Origin: a virus
Taxonomy: Duplodnaviria; Caudoviricetes
Strand: one strand, 5' to 3'
Virus record (IMG/VR): IMGVR_UViG_3300021255_004427
Location: 128,001 to 192,000 of that record
Length of the DNA: 64,000 nucleotides
The notes beneath the pieces are model-generated. The model was not told the origin of the DNA, searched no databases, and worked only from the letters and a program-made list of their open reading frames with translations. Within the stretch, counting starts at the first letter, position 1, and each line of letters opens with the position of its first letter. Below are positions 1-8,558 of the stretch, in pieces. The position numbers and the translations under genes are program-made.

Positions 1-1
1 A

Positions 2-145
2 AATCCTGACCGCGAACTTGAAGTATCAAAACCTGCTGCGCTAAATTACATTGCCACGAACACAAAAACAGTGTTTATTAAAATTCCTGTAGAAACAGCT
101 ATTATAGCTATTACGCCAAATATTTCAACGGAAACGATTAGTTAA
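2..145 (+). CDS. 3' end of a gene truncated by the window edge (hypothetical)
   Basis: Open frame NPDRELEV...TETIS* ending in TAA at 143-145, followed by a terminator hairpin. Confidence 0.6.
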   Translation, partial: NPDRELEVSKPAALNYIATNTKTVFIKIPVETAIIAITPNISTETIS

Positions 146-149
146 CTCC

Positions 150-181
150 AATACCGCCCGCGATAAGCAGGCGGTATTTTT
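150..181 (+). terminator. Intrinsic terminator
   Basis: aataccgcc...ggcggtatt stem followed by a T-run. Confidence 0.8.
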
Positions 182-227
182 ATCTTGTATATAGTCAGAA
201 AAATTTTAACATTTTGAAAAAATAGTA

Positions 228-287
228 TTGCCAAAATGAGACCGTTGTGATAATATGTAAGTAGAACGTAAGAAGTATGTAAGAAGT
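228..287 (+). promoter_or_regulatory. SigA-type promoter followed by three phased GTAAG(A/T)AG repeats
   Basis: TTGCCA(228)-17 bp-TAATAT(251). Repeats start at 257, 268 and 279 (11-bp period). Confidence 0.7.
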
Positions 288-304
288 GAAAGGGGATAAA
301 GAAG

Positions 305-970
305 ATGCAGGTCACGGATGCGAATTTTTTCTACAAGAACTACGTCGGGTATTATCCGGATGAAGATTGGATGTTTGAATCTACACAAGGCATGATTGAA
401 CATTACGTTGAGTCTGGTCTGAAAGAAAAGCTATTGGATATATACGAAGCATGTGCCGGGGATGGTGTCCTTGCTGCAGATAATATCCCGTATGAATTGT
501 GGCAGGATGGGAATATCCTTATTCCCGGCAGGTTCTATTTACACCCCGAGCTGACATTAATGCAGCGAGCACCGGAAATAAATATTTTTACCGGCGAAGC
601 GGTAGTAAGGCCTCATTATCGGGAAATAAGGGAACTGTACACGCTAAACGACGTCTTACTGTATGCAGGGAAGATGCTGCGCAGAGATACATTGCTTAAA
701 GACGAAAAACAAGATATCGGCGCCGTAAAACATTTACTTAAGCGATATGCAAGACAACAGGAAGAACTTGGCATTATGGCGCTGGATATGATTCTTTACC
801 TCATACGCCATCATAAAGGCGAAAGGATAGAGCTCCTTAACATATCTCAGGATGAAGATATTGTAGCACAGCAGGTAAGAGCGTACGCAGAAAAGCTAAA
901 GACAATGGGCAGACACAAGATAATTTGGAGGGGAAATATAAAATGCTGTCGGAAGGATTCATTGAAGTAG
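305..970 (+). CDS. Hypothetical protein, first gene of the replication operon
   Basis: 221 aa ORF with AGGGG RBS, overlapping the primase start. No recognisable motif. Confidence 0.75.
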   Translation: MQVTDANFFYKNYVGYYPDEDWMFESTQGMIEHYVESGLKEKLLDIYEACAGDGVLAADNIPYELWQDGNILIPGRFYLHPELTLMQRAPEINIFTGEAVVRPHYREIRELYTLNDVLLYAGKMLRRDTLLKDEKQDIGAVKHLLKRYARQQEELGIMALDMILYLIRHHKGERIELLNISQDEDIVAQQVRAYAEKLKTMGRHKIIWRGNIKCCRKDSLK

Positions 971-2004
971 GTGGAAAGTGTGGCAACTACTTCACAAGAA
1001 ATATGGTTTACCCGCTGAATAATCGGCAAAAAGCTTTTGCCGACCTTAAAAAGAAAACAGGCGGCAGGGATATGTATTACTGCACGTATGTATTCGACAA
1101 TAAGACCCGTGAAAAAGGGACAAGGTTCTTTTCGCCTCTCTATTTCGACATTGATGGGGATATTCAGACTGACGAGGGCTTTGAACGGGTAAGGCTGGCA
1201 GCGCTATCCCTTGCGACAATTCTTAATATAGAACTGAGGCTGAACGTAAATGAAATGAAGTTCTATTTTTCTGGCGGAAAAGGCTTTCATGTTTTTATTG
1301 ACCCTCGTATTCTGGGGGTAAAACCAAGCACAAAACTTCCGGCATTATACAAGCTGTATGTATCTTACTTAAGCCGTAAGATAGAAAACGGCGCGCTACT
1401 GGACACAAGAATATATGACAGTCGCCGCCTGATTCGTTTCCCGAATACGATAAATGACAAAACCGGCTTATATAAAATTCCGATAACATACAACCAACTT
1501 CGGACGCTTACAAGGGAGCAACTTTTCAGCTTAGCGAAAAACCCTCAGCAGGAATATGTTACTTCGGTAAAATTCAATCAGGAGGCGGCAAGCCGCTTTG
1601 TAGATAAGCTCCGCGAAATGGCGCAGGAACAGGCACAGCCAACAAGTAGTAATATACATATACCAAGCAGCGCTCAAAAATTGCCGTTATGTGTAAAGCA
1701 TCTGCTCTCGACAACAGTAGACAAAGGCGGCAGGAACAATACACTCGCATTGATAGCGTCCCTTCTTGTTCAGAATGGTTATGTAGGGGATGTCGCAATC
1801 AGTATACTACAGGATTGGAATATGGGCAACGCTGAGCCGCTTACTGACCATGAACTTATCACGACATATAACAGCGCTGAACGAATGGCAAGAGCGGGCA
1901 GGGGATATGGATGTTCTTCTATAAGACAACAGGGGGCTTTTGCTCCAAGGGAAGTTTGTCCAAAATGTAAGATTTTTAAATGTAAACACGGGGCGGGGAG
2001 ATAA
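925..2004 (+). CDS. Archaeo-eukaryotic-type primase (prim-pol) with PriCT-like C-terminus
   Basis: AEP motifs YFDID, FSGGKGFHVF and DTRIYDSRRLIRFP. C-terminal LPLC..GGRNNTL..WN..N.EPL region with a Cys cluster. Confidence 0.85.
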   Translation: MEGKYKMLSEGFIEVGGKCGNYFTRNMVYPLNNRQKAFADLKKKTGGRDMYYCTYVFDNKTREKGTRFFSPLYFDIDGDIQTDEGFERVRLAALSLATILNIELRLNVNEMKFYFSGGKGFHVFIDPRILGVKPSTKLPALYKLYVSYLSRKIENGALLDTRIYDSRRLIRFPNTINDKTGLYKIPITYNQLRTLTREQLFSLAKNPQQEYVTSVKFNQEAASRFVDKLREMAQEQAQPTSSNIHIPSSAQKLPLCVKHLLSTTVDKGGRNNTLALIASLLVQNGYVGDVAISILQDWNMGNAEPLTDHELITTYNSAERMARAGRGYGCSSIRQQGAFAPREVCPKCKIFKCKHGAGR

Positions 2005-3168
2005 ATGGACGAGAAAGAGATTTTAGAGAAAAACATACCGGAAGAAAATAGCGATAAAAATACAGAGAAACAGCCTGTAGCAGACCTTAGTTTCCTTGAC
2101 GATGCGTTTGACGAAGAGCTGAATGTACATGAGGCACAGGAAGTCGGTGTATCGGATAAATATGCTGTAGCGCCGATAGATGTATTCGAAGCATCCAGAC
2201 AGTACATCGATGACTTTGAAAACGCCTGCCAGAACGAAGGCACTGGATATGAGGCGCCGAATTTTCCTATCTGGTCAGAAAAGATGGAGGGGCTTATGAA
2301 TGGCTTCTATATCTTTGCCGGATATTCGAACTCAGGGAAAAGCGCTACGTGCATGAACTTAGCTATGGATTATGCGCTCAATGAAGATAACCACCTGTAT
2401 CTTATCTATTATTCGTTGGACGATACCAAGGAGGATATCTATTCCCGCATTATCGCTATGAAGTACCGTTTACCGATTTCCGTAATCCGCAAACCGAAGC
2501 GTTACGAGAAGATGATCGAAGAAGGCAAGGAAAATACGGCACTTTATCAGAAGCAGCTTGACTTGCGCAAAAAGGCCGTTGAGGACATTAAGAAGTTCTC
2601 TCATAAGTTCATGGTTAAAGATGGCGAAGAGATTGATTGTATCGAAAAGATGCTCAACCATGCTAAGATGGTAAAGAGCTACTTACAGACCCGCGACCCG
2701 CAGGCAAATATTCTGGTTGTGATAGACTCTTTGATGGATATCAATATTGACTCGCAGAACTATCGAGAAGAAAAAGACCGCAATACGGCAATATCTAAGC
2801 TGGTTAAGAAGTATGCCACGACAGAGCTTAAATGCCCTATATTTGGTACAGCCCATGTACGTAAAAATTCTGGCCGTCGTATTACGATTAGTGACCTTAA
2901 AGAATCTGGGCGCTACGAATATGATGCTCGCGCGGTCTTCCTGATTACGAATGATGTTTCCCGTAACGGGCAAAATGCAGAGATTTACTTTACGCAAGGC
3001 AATGATGATATTACAAAGCATCCGGTGCTTGAAATCTATTGGTCCAAAAATAAAACATCTTCATTCAAGGAAAGAACGTATTGTTATTTCAGCCCTGAAA
3101 CTTCTCTGGCTATTGAGGTAAAAAAAGAACAGGCAGAAGAATACGATTCTATTATTTATGCCGAGTAA
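2005..3168 (+). CDS. DnaB-like (SF4) replicative helicase
   Basis: Walker A AGYSNSGKS, YYSLDD, Walker B VVIDSL, DLKESGRYEYDA and KNK motifs. Abuts the primase. Confidence 0.85.
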   Translation: MDEKEILEKNIPEENSDKNTEKQPVADLSFLDDAFDEELNVHEAQEVGVSDKYAVAPIDVFEASRQYIDDFENACQNEGTGYEAPNFPIWSEKMEGLMNGFYIFAGYSNSGKSATCMNLAMDYALNEDNHLYLIYYSLDDTKEDIYSRIIAMKYRLPISVIRKPKRYEKMIEEGKENTALYQKQLDLRKKAVEDIKKFSHKFMVKDGEEIDCIEKMLNHAKMVKSYLQTRDPQANILVVIDSLMDINIDSQNYREEKDRNTAISKLVKKYATTELKCPIFGTAHVRKNSGRRITISDLKESGRYEYDARAVFLITNDVSRNGQNAEIYFTQGNDDITKHPVLEIYWSKNKTSSFKERTYCYFSPETSLAIEVKKEQAEEYDSIIYAE

Positions 3169-3172
3169 CGAC

Positions 3173-3206
3173 AATCCGCCGAACACATTCGTGCCGGCGG
3201 ATTTTT
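3173..3206 (+). terminator. Intrinsic terminator
   Basis: aatccgcc...ggcggatt followed by a T-run. Confidence 0.7.
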
Positions 3207-3221
3207 GCGTGTTTTACCTTG

Positions 3222-3290
3222 CTTCTTACCTACTTCTTAAATACTTCTTACATATTTTATATTGACAAATATGTAAGAAGTAGATATAAT
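3222..3290 (+). promoter_or_regulatory. Consensus SigA promoter whose -35 box sits inside a 16-bp perfect inverted repeat (operator)
   Basis: TTGACA(3262)-17 bp-TATAAT(3285). Arms tacttcttacatattt (3242-3257) and aaatatgtaagaagta (3267-3282). cttctta at 3222, 3233 and 3244. Confidence 0.9.
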
Positions 3291-3347
3291 AAGAGTATAG
3301 AAAAGAAACTAAATACAGAGAATAAAAACGTAGAAAGGAAGACGTTT

Positions 3348-4094
3348 TTGGCTATGAATACGCTCGTAGTTAAAGAGATCCCAATGATAGTCATGGGAGA
3401 AACACCGCTGATTAACAGCAGTGAGCTGGCCAGAATCTTCGGTAAAAAACACGGCAACTTTGTTAACGCCACTAAGATTTACCTCGACTCTCTTCCGATT
3501 GCCAGGAAACATATTAAGCCTTCTGAAGACAACGATAGCTATATGTTCGACTTGCAGGGGTTCACATCAATTACCCCATATATCGTAGGCAGTGAAAAGA
3601 GCAAAGCGATGAAGATTGCAGAGGCTTTCGAAGAAGCATACCGACAGATTTCCCGTAACCGCGAAAACGAAGCAACGGATCGGCTAAGAAAAGCCGCAAT
3701 GCAGTTTAAGGAAGAGCGCGATGACGCCGCAGAAAAGGTAAAAACGTTGGATGCGCTCTGCAACACAAGAGATTATTATTCGTTTTCCGATGCAGCTAAG
3801 TTAATCGGTATCCCACGCAAACGACTTATCCGCGCTTTGGAAGAACATGAATACATCATTCGCAAAGCAAGAGCCGGCCGCTACAAACAGACGACACTGA
3901 TGCCAAAAGCCAAATATATGGCAGACGGACAGGGCGAAGGGCTGTTTGTGCTGAAGCAACTGAAGTTTGGTCCAGCATGGAAAAATGAAAAAGGCGAAAC
4001 CTGCCAAAGCATGGTGCTTCACCCATATCTTACTGAAAAGGGTGTGGCAAGAATGCATGTGCTTCTAAAGAAGTGGGGTGAGCTCGCTGCGTGA
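3348..4094 (+). CDS. Phage antirepressor (Rha-like N-terminus, ANT/KilA-C-like C-terminus)
   Basis: SSELARIFGKKHGNF (Rha-like), YSFSDAAKLIGI..RLIRALEEHEYI and LTEKG (ANT-like). The start was moved to the TTG behind a GAAAGGA RBS, downstream of the promoter. Confidence 0.8.
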   Translation: MAMNTLVVKEIPMIVMGETPLINSSELARIFGKKHGNFVNATKIYLDSLPIARKHIKPSEDNDSYMFDLQGFTSITPYIVGSEKSKAMKIAEAFEEAYRQISRNRENEATDRLRKAAMQFKEERDDAAEKVKTLDALCNTRDYYSFSDAAKLIGIPRKRLIRALEEHEYIIRKARAGRYKQTTLMPKAKYMADGQGEGLFVLKQLKFGPAWKNEKGETCQSMVLHPYLTEKGVARMHVLLKKWGELAA

Positions 4095-4317
4095 GATAAA
4101 AACGTGGAATTCTCCACTGGGGGCTAGAATACATTGCCCGAACTTTGATCCGTGTCCACTTTGTTATGGCTGCCGCAATTATACGGAGAAAGCTGTCCGC
4201 TGTGACCGCTGCGCTGAAGATGATAAAAAGCGCAATGTATGTAATACAATAAGCCATACTGAAAAAGCGCTGAGTATGATGATTAGGCAAACCACTGTAA
4301 AAATATACGAGGAATAA
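4078..4317 (+). CDS. Small Cys-rich (Zn-binding) hypothetical protein
   Basis: CPNFDPCPLCYGC...CDRC...C. Fills the gap in the operon, start uncertain. Confidence 0.6.
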   Translation: MSSLREIKTWNSPLGARIHCPNFDPCPLCYGCRNYTEKAVRCDRCAEDDKKRNVCNTISHTEKALSMMIRQTTVKIYEE

Positions 4318-4321
4318 TAAA

Positions 4322-4984
4322 TTGGAAGATTATAGAATTAATAAAATATATACGAATCCAGAGGATATGTATGCGTGGCAGGGAAAAATCAAAGACCACG
4401 TAAATACAGACGAAAGCGACGGAGTTACTATTCTGGCTCCGGAAGGATACGGCAAGACCTATTTCTGCCGTGATATGATTAATGAATGGCTGGAAATGCT
4501 TGCTCCGGGTGCAAATATCCTGTATTATTCGCCCAAACATGATGCTTGTGACAGGATGGCCGTAACATGCGCTTTTATTCAGCAAGGGCATATGACCAAA
4601 GATTATACGATAACCAACGATGCTCAGCAGACGATTGTTATCCCTGTAACTGCACAGCAGCTAAAAGATGTGCTTTCGTCGGCAATGAGGTTCGACCTTA
4701 TCATTATCGATGATGCAGATATAATGGGGAACGCCGCTCTCCACTCTATTATCCTGAAGGGTATGCTTGACGACGCAAAGCTGGTCATCGTCGGCACATC
4801 CCATGAGAATGAAGAAATTCAGCTCAGTAAGAGTATCTGGAAATGGCTTCTCAATCATCCGTGCTATACAGCATTTGAGGTTGTTAAACCGAGTTTACTC
4901 CCGCAGGAAGAAGAAGCAGGGAAAACCATGATTGACCACCTGATAAGTATTCTTCATCCCATGAAGTATCATTATGTAGCGTAA
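4322..4984 (+). CDS. Single-domain P-loop NTPase (terminase-ATPase/helicase-like)
   Basis: APEGYGKT Walker A, LIIIDDAD Walker B-like, IVGT motif III-like. Confidence 0.6.
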   Translation: MEDYRINKIYTNPEDMYAWQGKIKDHVNTDESDGVTILAPEGYGKTYFCRDMINEWLEMLAPGANILYYSPKHDACDRMAVTCAFIQQGHMTKDYTITNDAQQTIVIPVTAQQLKDVLSSAMRFDLIIIDDADIMGNAALHSIILKGMLDDAKLVIVGTSHENEEIQLSKSIWKWLLNHPCYTAFEVVKPSLLPQEEEAGKTMIDHLISILHPMKYHYVA

Positions 4985-5006
4985 AGGAAAGCAGGTAAAC
5001 CAAAGT

Positions 5007-5309
5007 ATGACAAAAATCATTCCTATCGGAGAAAAGCTTCTGATTAAACCGGAAGTAAAAAACGATAAGCAGACAGCTTCCGGTATTGTAATTCCCGAAA
5101 CATCCGTGGATAAGCCGCAGATTGGCGAAGTAGTGGCTGCTGGCGAAGGCCGCATCCTGGAAAATGGCACAATGATGCCGCTTACGGTTAAAGTCGGCGA
5201 CCGAGTTCTTTTCCGCAAATTCGCAGGAACAGAAATTAAAATCGACAAGGAAGACGATGTTCTTCTGCTGGTAACAGAACGCGATATTCTGGGTATCATC
5301 CAGAAATAA
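5007..5309 (+). CDS. groES: Co-chaperonin GroES (Cpn10)
   Basis: PIGEKLLIK, TASGIVIP, GEVVAAGEG, VKVGDRVLF..FAGTEIK, ERDILGII. Confidence 0.95.
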   Translation: MTKIIPIGEKLLIKPEVKNDKQTASGIVIPETSVDKPQIGEVVAAGEGRILENGTMMPLTVKVGDRVLFRKFAGTEIKIDKEDDVLLLVTERDILGIIQK

Positions 5310-5366
5310 TGCAGATTTAGGCCGCCCATAGCGGGCGGCTGACAATCTAACCGGAGGAAAATAATT

Positions 5367-5942
5367 TTGCAATCTAATAATCAAAACATCAATCATCTCG
5401 AATTTTGGGCCAACCAGAAAGATATTTTGACGGGCACCTTGAACGCGATGCAGACTGAAAGACTGGAGAACGCTGTAAAGAAGCTCTATTATCCTGAATT
5501 GCAGCAGTTTGTTGTTCTGGTTCTGACCCGTAAGGTTGAAGAAGATGGCGAAATCGAAGATGCCTTGGGCGCATTTGAGTTAGGCGTAAGATACTTTACC
5601 GAGCGCGGGTATTACTACGAAATGGCCCCCAATAAGCAGACGTGCACATTCTTAGCGTCACTCCTTCTGCATAACGTATACTTCAATCACCATATCCATA
5701 ACGCTTTTGATTGGCTCAGAGTTTTCAAACTCCGTGACGAAACCGAAGGCCTGGCTTATGCGCTTTATGAAATAATGGAATATAATGACCGCGGCATGTT
5801 TGAATTTGTATATCAGAATGTTGAAGCTCAGCTGGGCGAAGCAATGCCAACACCGGGCAACCGTCCGGTTCGCGGTCAGAATACGGAGCATTTCTGGAAC
5901 GTGCTCTGGTTCTATTATCATGGCACACATTCGAAATGGTAA
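5367..5942 (+). CDS. Hypothetical protein, possibly a degenerate HD-domain fold
   Basis: 191 aa with GGAGG RBS. ASLLLHNV resembles AxLLHD, with D replaced by N. Confidence 0.6.
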   Translation: MQSNNQNINHLEFWANQKDILTGTLNAMQTERLENAVKKLYYPELQQFVVLVLTRKVEEDGEIEDALGAFELGVRYFTERGYYYEMAPNKQTCTFLASLLLHNVYFNHHIHNAFDWLRVFKLRDETEGLAYALYEIMEYNDRGMFEFVYQNVEAQLGEAMPTPGNRPVRGQNTEHFWNVLWFYYHGTHSKW

Positions 5943-6664
5943 TTGAAATAACAGAAGAACAGCTTTTTGATTACATGAACTGTCCGGTGCGGTATGCCAT
6001 AAAATATGGCAAGAATCATATCAAAGTACCGCCGCAGATAACTTTTCCAAAGCTGTTAAATCAGGTTGTGTATGGATTTTGTCAGTCGCTAAAGGACGGC
6101 ATTGTGCTGCCGCCCGATAAAATAAAGCGAAAATGGGACACGGTTTGTAAAAATCATCCCGACAAAATCACCCAGGATAAAATCCGTGAAGGATTCGGGG
6201 CTCTGTATAGGTTTTATGAGTATGCAGAGGAAAACCAAATACTGGTTGCGGATATTGGTTCTCCCTATATCCTTCGCGTTAAAGATGGAGACGACACATA
6301 CATTTATAACGGAACATTGGGGATAATCCTGTCTAACAAAGATGGTGAGCCGGAAAATTTCAAAACAGATTTTTCCAGCAGGTTTCCAGAGCAAAGCAAA
6401 CTGGATATGAATCTCAAGACCACGCTTGACCATGTAGGTTTTTATAAACTCTACAATTTGCCACTGAGTGGAACCCGGGTTCACCATGTAAAAAAGAGCC
6501 GGGATTTTTATACCACCCGCGATATTCCAAGCTCAACAAAAAGAGTAAGGACAATAATCGCTAATGTCTGTAAGTCAATAAGACATAATATCTGGTATCC
6601 TCACGAGACCCCGTTGTGTTCTTCCTGTGAAGTAAGAGATTTTTGTATGATGTATGGCTCCTGA
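5936..6664 (+). CDS. Cas4/AddB-like PD-(D/E)XK-fold protein with an Fe-S cysteine staple, active site apparently degenerate
   Basis: N-terminal CP..Y and C-terminal WYP....CSSC..RDFC. GTLGII and ENFKT stand where GxID and DYKT are expected. Confidence 0.7.
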   Translation: MVIEITEEQLFDYMNCPVRYAIKYGKNHIKVPPQITFPKLLNQVVYGFCQSLKDGIVLPPDKIKRKWDTVCKNHPDKITQDKIREGFGALYRFYEYAEENQILVADIGSPYILRVKDGDDTYIYNGTLGIILSNKDGEPENFKTDFSSRFPEQSKLDMNLKTTLDHVGFYKLYNLPLSGTRVHHVKKSRDFYTTRDIPSSTKRVRTIIANVCKSIRHNIWYPHETPLCSSCEVRDFCMMYGS

Positions 6665-6700
6665 TATAGAGCTAAGTAGTTTTTGTTAACGAGGTATAAG

Positions 6701-6862
6701 ATGCTTAATTTAACCGAAAGAGTCGGCGCAGAGCCGAAAGTCACAAAAGGTGGTCTTCCCGGTGTATCGGTAAGCATCGGAGGGGCAATCCCCTTTGATG
6801 ATGATGTACCGCCCACGCAGCCGAAAAAGAAAACCGCCAAAAGCGAAGATAAGAAGGCGTGA
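6701..6862 (+). CDS. Small 53-aa protein not in the ORF track
   Basis: GAGGT RBS and ATG at 6701: MLNLTERVGAEPKVTKGGLPGVSVSIGGAIPFDDDVPPTQPKKKTAKSEDKKA*. Ends 4 nt before the next ATG. Confidence 0.65.
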   Translation: MLNLTERVGAEPKVTKGGLPGVSVSIGGAIPFDDDVPPTQPKKKTAKSEDKKA

Positions 6863-6866
6863 CAAA

Positions 6867-7463
6867 ATGCCAATAATTCGCAGGCGAAAAACAGCGGTAA
6901 AACCTAAAACCGCAAGTAAGAGGACTTACGAGATTGATGGAAAGGTATATACAAGCAAATCCCTGAGAGACTATCATGTAGAGCTAAATGAATATGTAAA
7001 GTCAGGGCTGATAAAATCCTTTGAATTGCCCGAAGGGAAACTCACAAAGTCTAAATTCCATTCCATCAAAGCGGTTATCAATGGTATCGAGTTTGATTCA
7101 CTTAATGAATCTCGGTACTATATCCATGTTCTGGAGGAAGTAAAGGCCGGCAATATTAAGTCTTACGAACTTCAGAAAGCGTACGAAATTGTACCCGCCC
7201 ATATCCGGCGCGGCAAAAAAGTACGCAAAATGGAATACCTGGCAGACTTTGTTTGTCAGATGGCAGACGGCACAGAAAAGGTAATCGACGTGAAAGGGCT
7301 AGAAACGGATGTATTCAAGATGAAGAAAAAACTTGTTGAATATCTTTATCCGAATGTCGAAGTCGAATGTGTCCGTTATGTCGCAAAAGAAAAAGCGTGG
7401 CTTACAACAAAGGAATGTAAAGCACGCAAGAAGCTGGCATCCAAGGAGAGGAAGTCAGCCTAA
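6867..7463 (+). CDS. DUF1064-family PD-(D/E)XK endonuclease
   Basis: SKFHS.K..INGIEFDS..E..YY, ELQ..YEI, YLADF, VIDVKG..T.VF..KKKL. Start reassigned to ATG 6867. Confidence 0.8.
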   Translation: MPIIRRRKTAVKPKTASKRTYEIDGKVYTSKSLRDYHVELNEYVKSGLIKSFELPEGKLTKSKFHSIKAVINGIEFDSLNESRYYIHVLEEVKAGNIKSYELQKAYEIVPAHIRRGKKVRKMEYLADFVCQMADGTEKVIDVKGLETDVFKMKKKLVEYLYPNVEVECVRYVAKEKAWLTTKECKARKKLASKERKSA

Positions 7464-7476
7464 AACTAAAGAAACT

Positions 7477-8517
7477 GTGTGGATAATCTTCTGTGATTGG
7501 AAAATAACCAATAGAAAGAAGACTACCACCATAAAAAAGAGAAAGAAACTTTCTGAAGACGTCATTGTGCGAGACGCCGATAAGACCCAGATTTTTGAAA
7601 ATGGTTTTGTAACCATAAGAACTGTTTTTAAGGAAGAAGCAGATTATCTCTGGGATTTGTATCAGCACGAAGATGAATGGCGCGAGATTGACGAACTTGT
7701 GCACCAGTATCAAGGACAGTTTGAGGAGGGTGCTACGGAAGAAGCTCGCCGCATCGCAAATGAAGCGGGTACGGAACTCTTGAACAGATTCCAGCCGCTG
7801 TTTAAAAAATACGTGATACTTCTTAAAAATGGCCAGATCAATTTCCATAACAGTGAGCAGCGTCAGTTTGTTCGTCTGTTTATCCAGGAATTGCATTTAC
7901 AAAAGGCTCTGAGCCGAAAAAATCCTGGCCGGGATTATCAGGAACAGATTACAGCCCGGTTTAATTTCTTAATCGAGGGCTACGGACACCAAGATGAAGA
8001 CGAAATCTACGATGATATGCGGGTTATCTTCTTCATGCTTGTTAAACGATACAAAGATGTTGGCCGCAGTTTTTGCTGCTACGTCTACAACGTGTTTAAA
8101 TACGAAGTTTGCCGTCATATTCAAAAGTATCAGCGCAACCCGGCAAACTTTCATTATAAAATTGCAGAACTCGAGGATAACTGTAAAACAGTCATGGATG
8201 ACTATTCTTCTATCGAAGATGTTATGTATGAAGATGATCAGGGGCTTCCGGATATGACCTGGATTCGCGGAGATACATGCTCGGAAATCTTCCAGCAGTT
8301 TACGGACGAAGAACGCCTGATATTCTCGAAGTATTATCTGCAGGATTGGAACGATAGTCAGATTGCTCAGCTTCTCGGCATGCACATTAACACGGCAAAC
8401 CAGAGAAGGAAGAGTATCACCAGACGTTTGTGTAAAACACTTGGCCTGGATCCAAAGGACATTGTTCGGCATCGCAAATCCGGTAAAAGAGCTATCCTTA
8501 ATACCGAGGTAGCATAA
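7477..8517 (+). CDS. Phage-encoded sigma70-family RNA polymerase sigma factor (start uncertain)
   Basis: Region 2-like LLNRFQPLFKKY...EDEIYDD....F..LVKRY.....F..YV. Region 4 HTH FTDEERLIFSKYYLQDWNDSQIAQLLGMHINTANQRR. Confidence 0.75.
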   Translation: MWIIFCDWKITNRKKTTTIKKRKKLSEDVIVRDADKTQIFENGFVTIRTVFKEEADYLWDLYQHEDEWREIDELVHQYQGQFEEGATEEARRIANEAGTELLNRFQPLFKKYVILLKNGQINFHNSEQRQFVRLFIQELHLQKALSRKNPGRDYQEQITARFNFLIEGYGHQDEDEIYDDMRVIFFMLVKRYKDVGRSFCCYVYNVFKYEVCRHIQKYQRNPANFHYKIAELEDNCKTVMDDYSSIEDVMYEDDQGLPDMTWIRGDTCSEIFQQFTDEERLIFSKYYLQDWNDSQIAQLLGMHINTANQRRKSITRRLCKTLGLDPKDIVRHRKSGKRAILNTEVA

Positions 8518-8558
8518 AGCGGGGGCGTCACAGCCCCTAATTTTTTGGAGGAAAAAAC

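Noticed and set aside
3219-3347. N-terminal extension of the antirepressor ORF (similarly 6795, 7333, 40858 and 45438 starts)
   Set aside because: These extensions run through promoters or upstream genes. Downstream starts have proper RBSs, except for the sigma gene, whose start remains uncertain.
7478-7486. Perfect DnaA box TGTGGATAA
   Set aside because: It is a single copy, with no cluster or unwinding element. The DnaA-like 9-mers in sites A, B and C are mismatched and better explained as part of the longer repeats.
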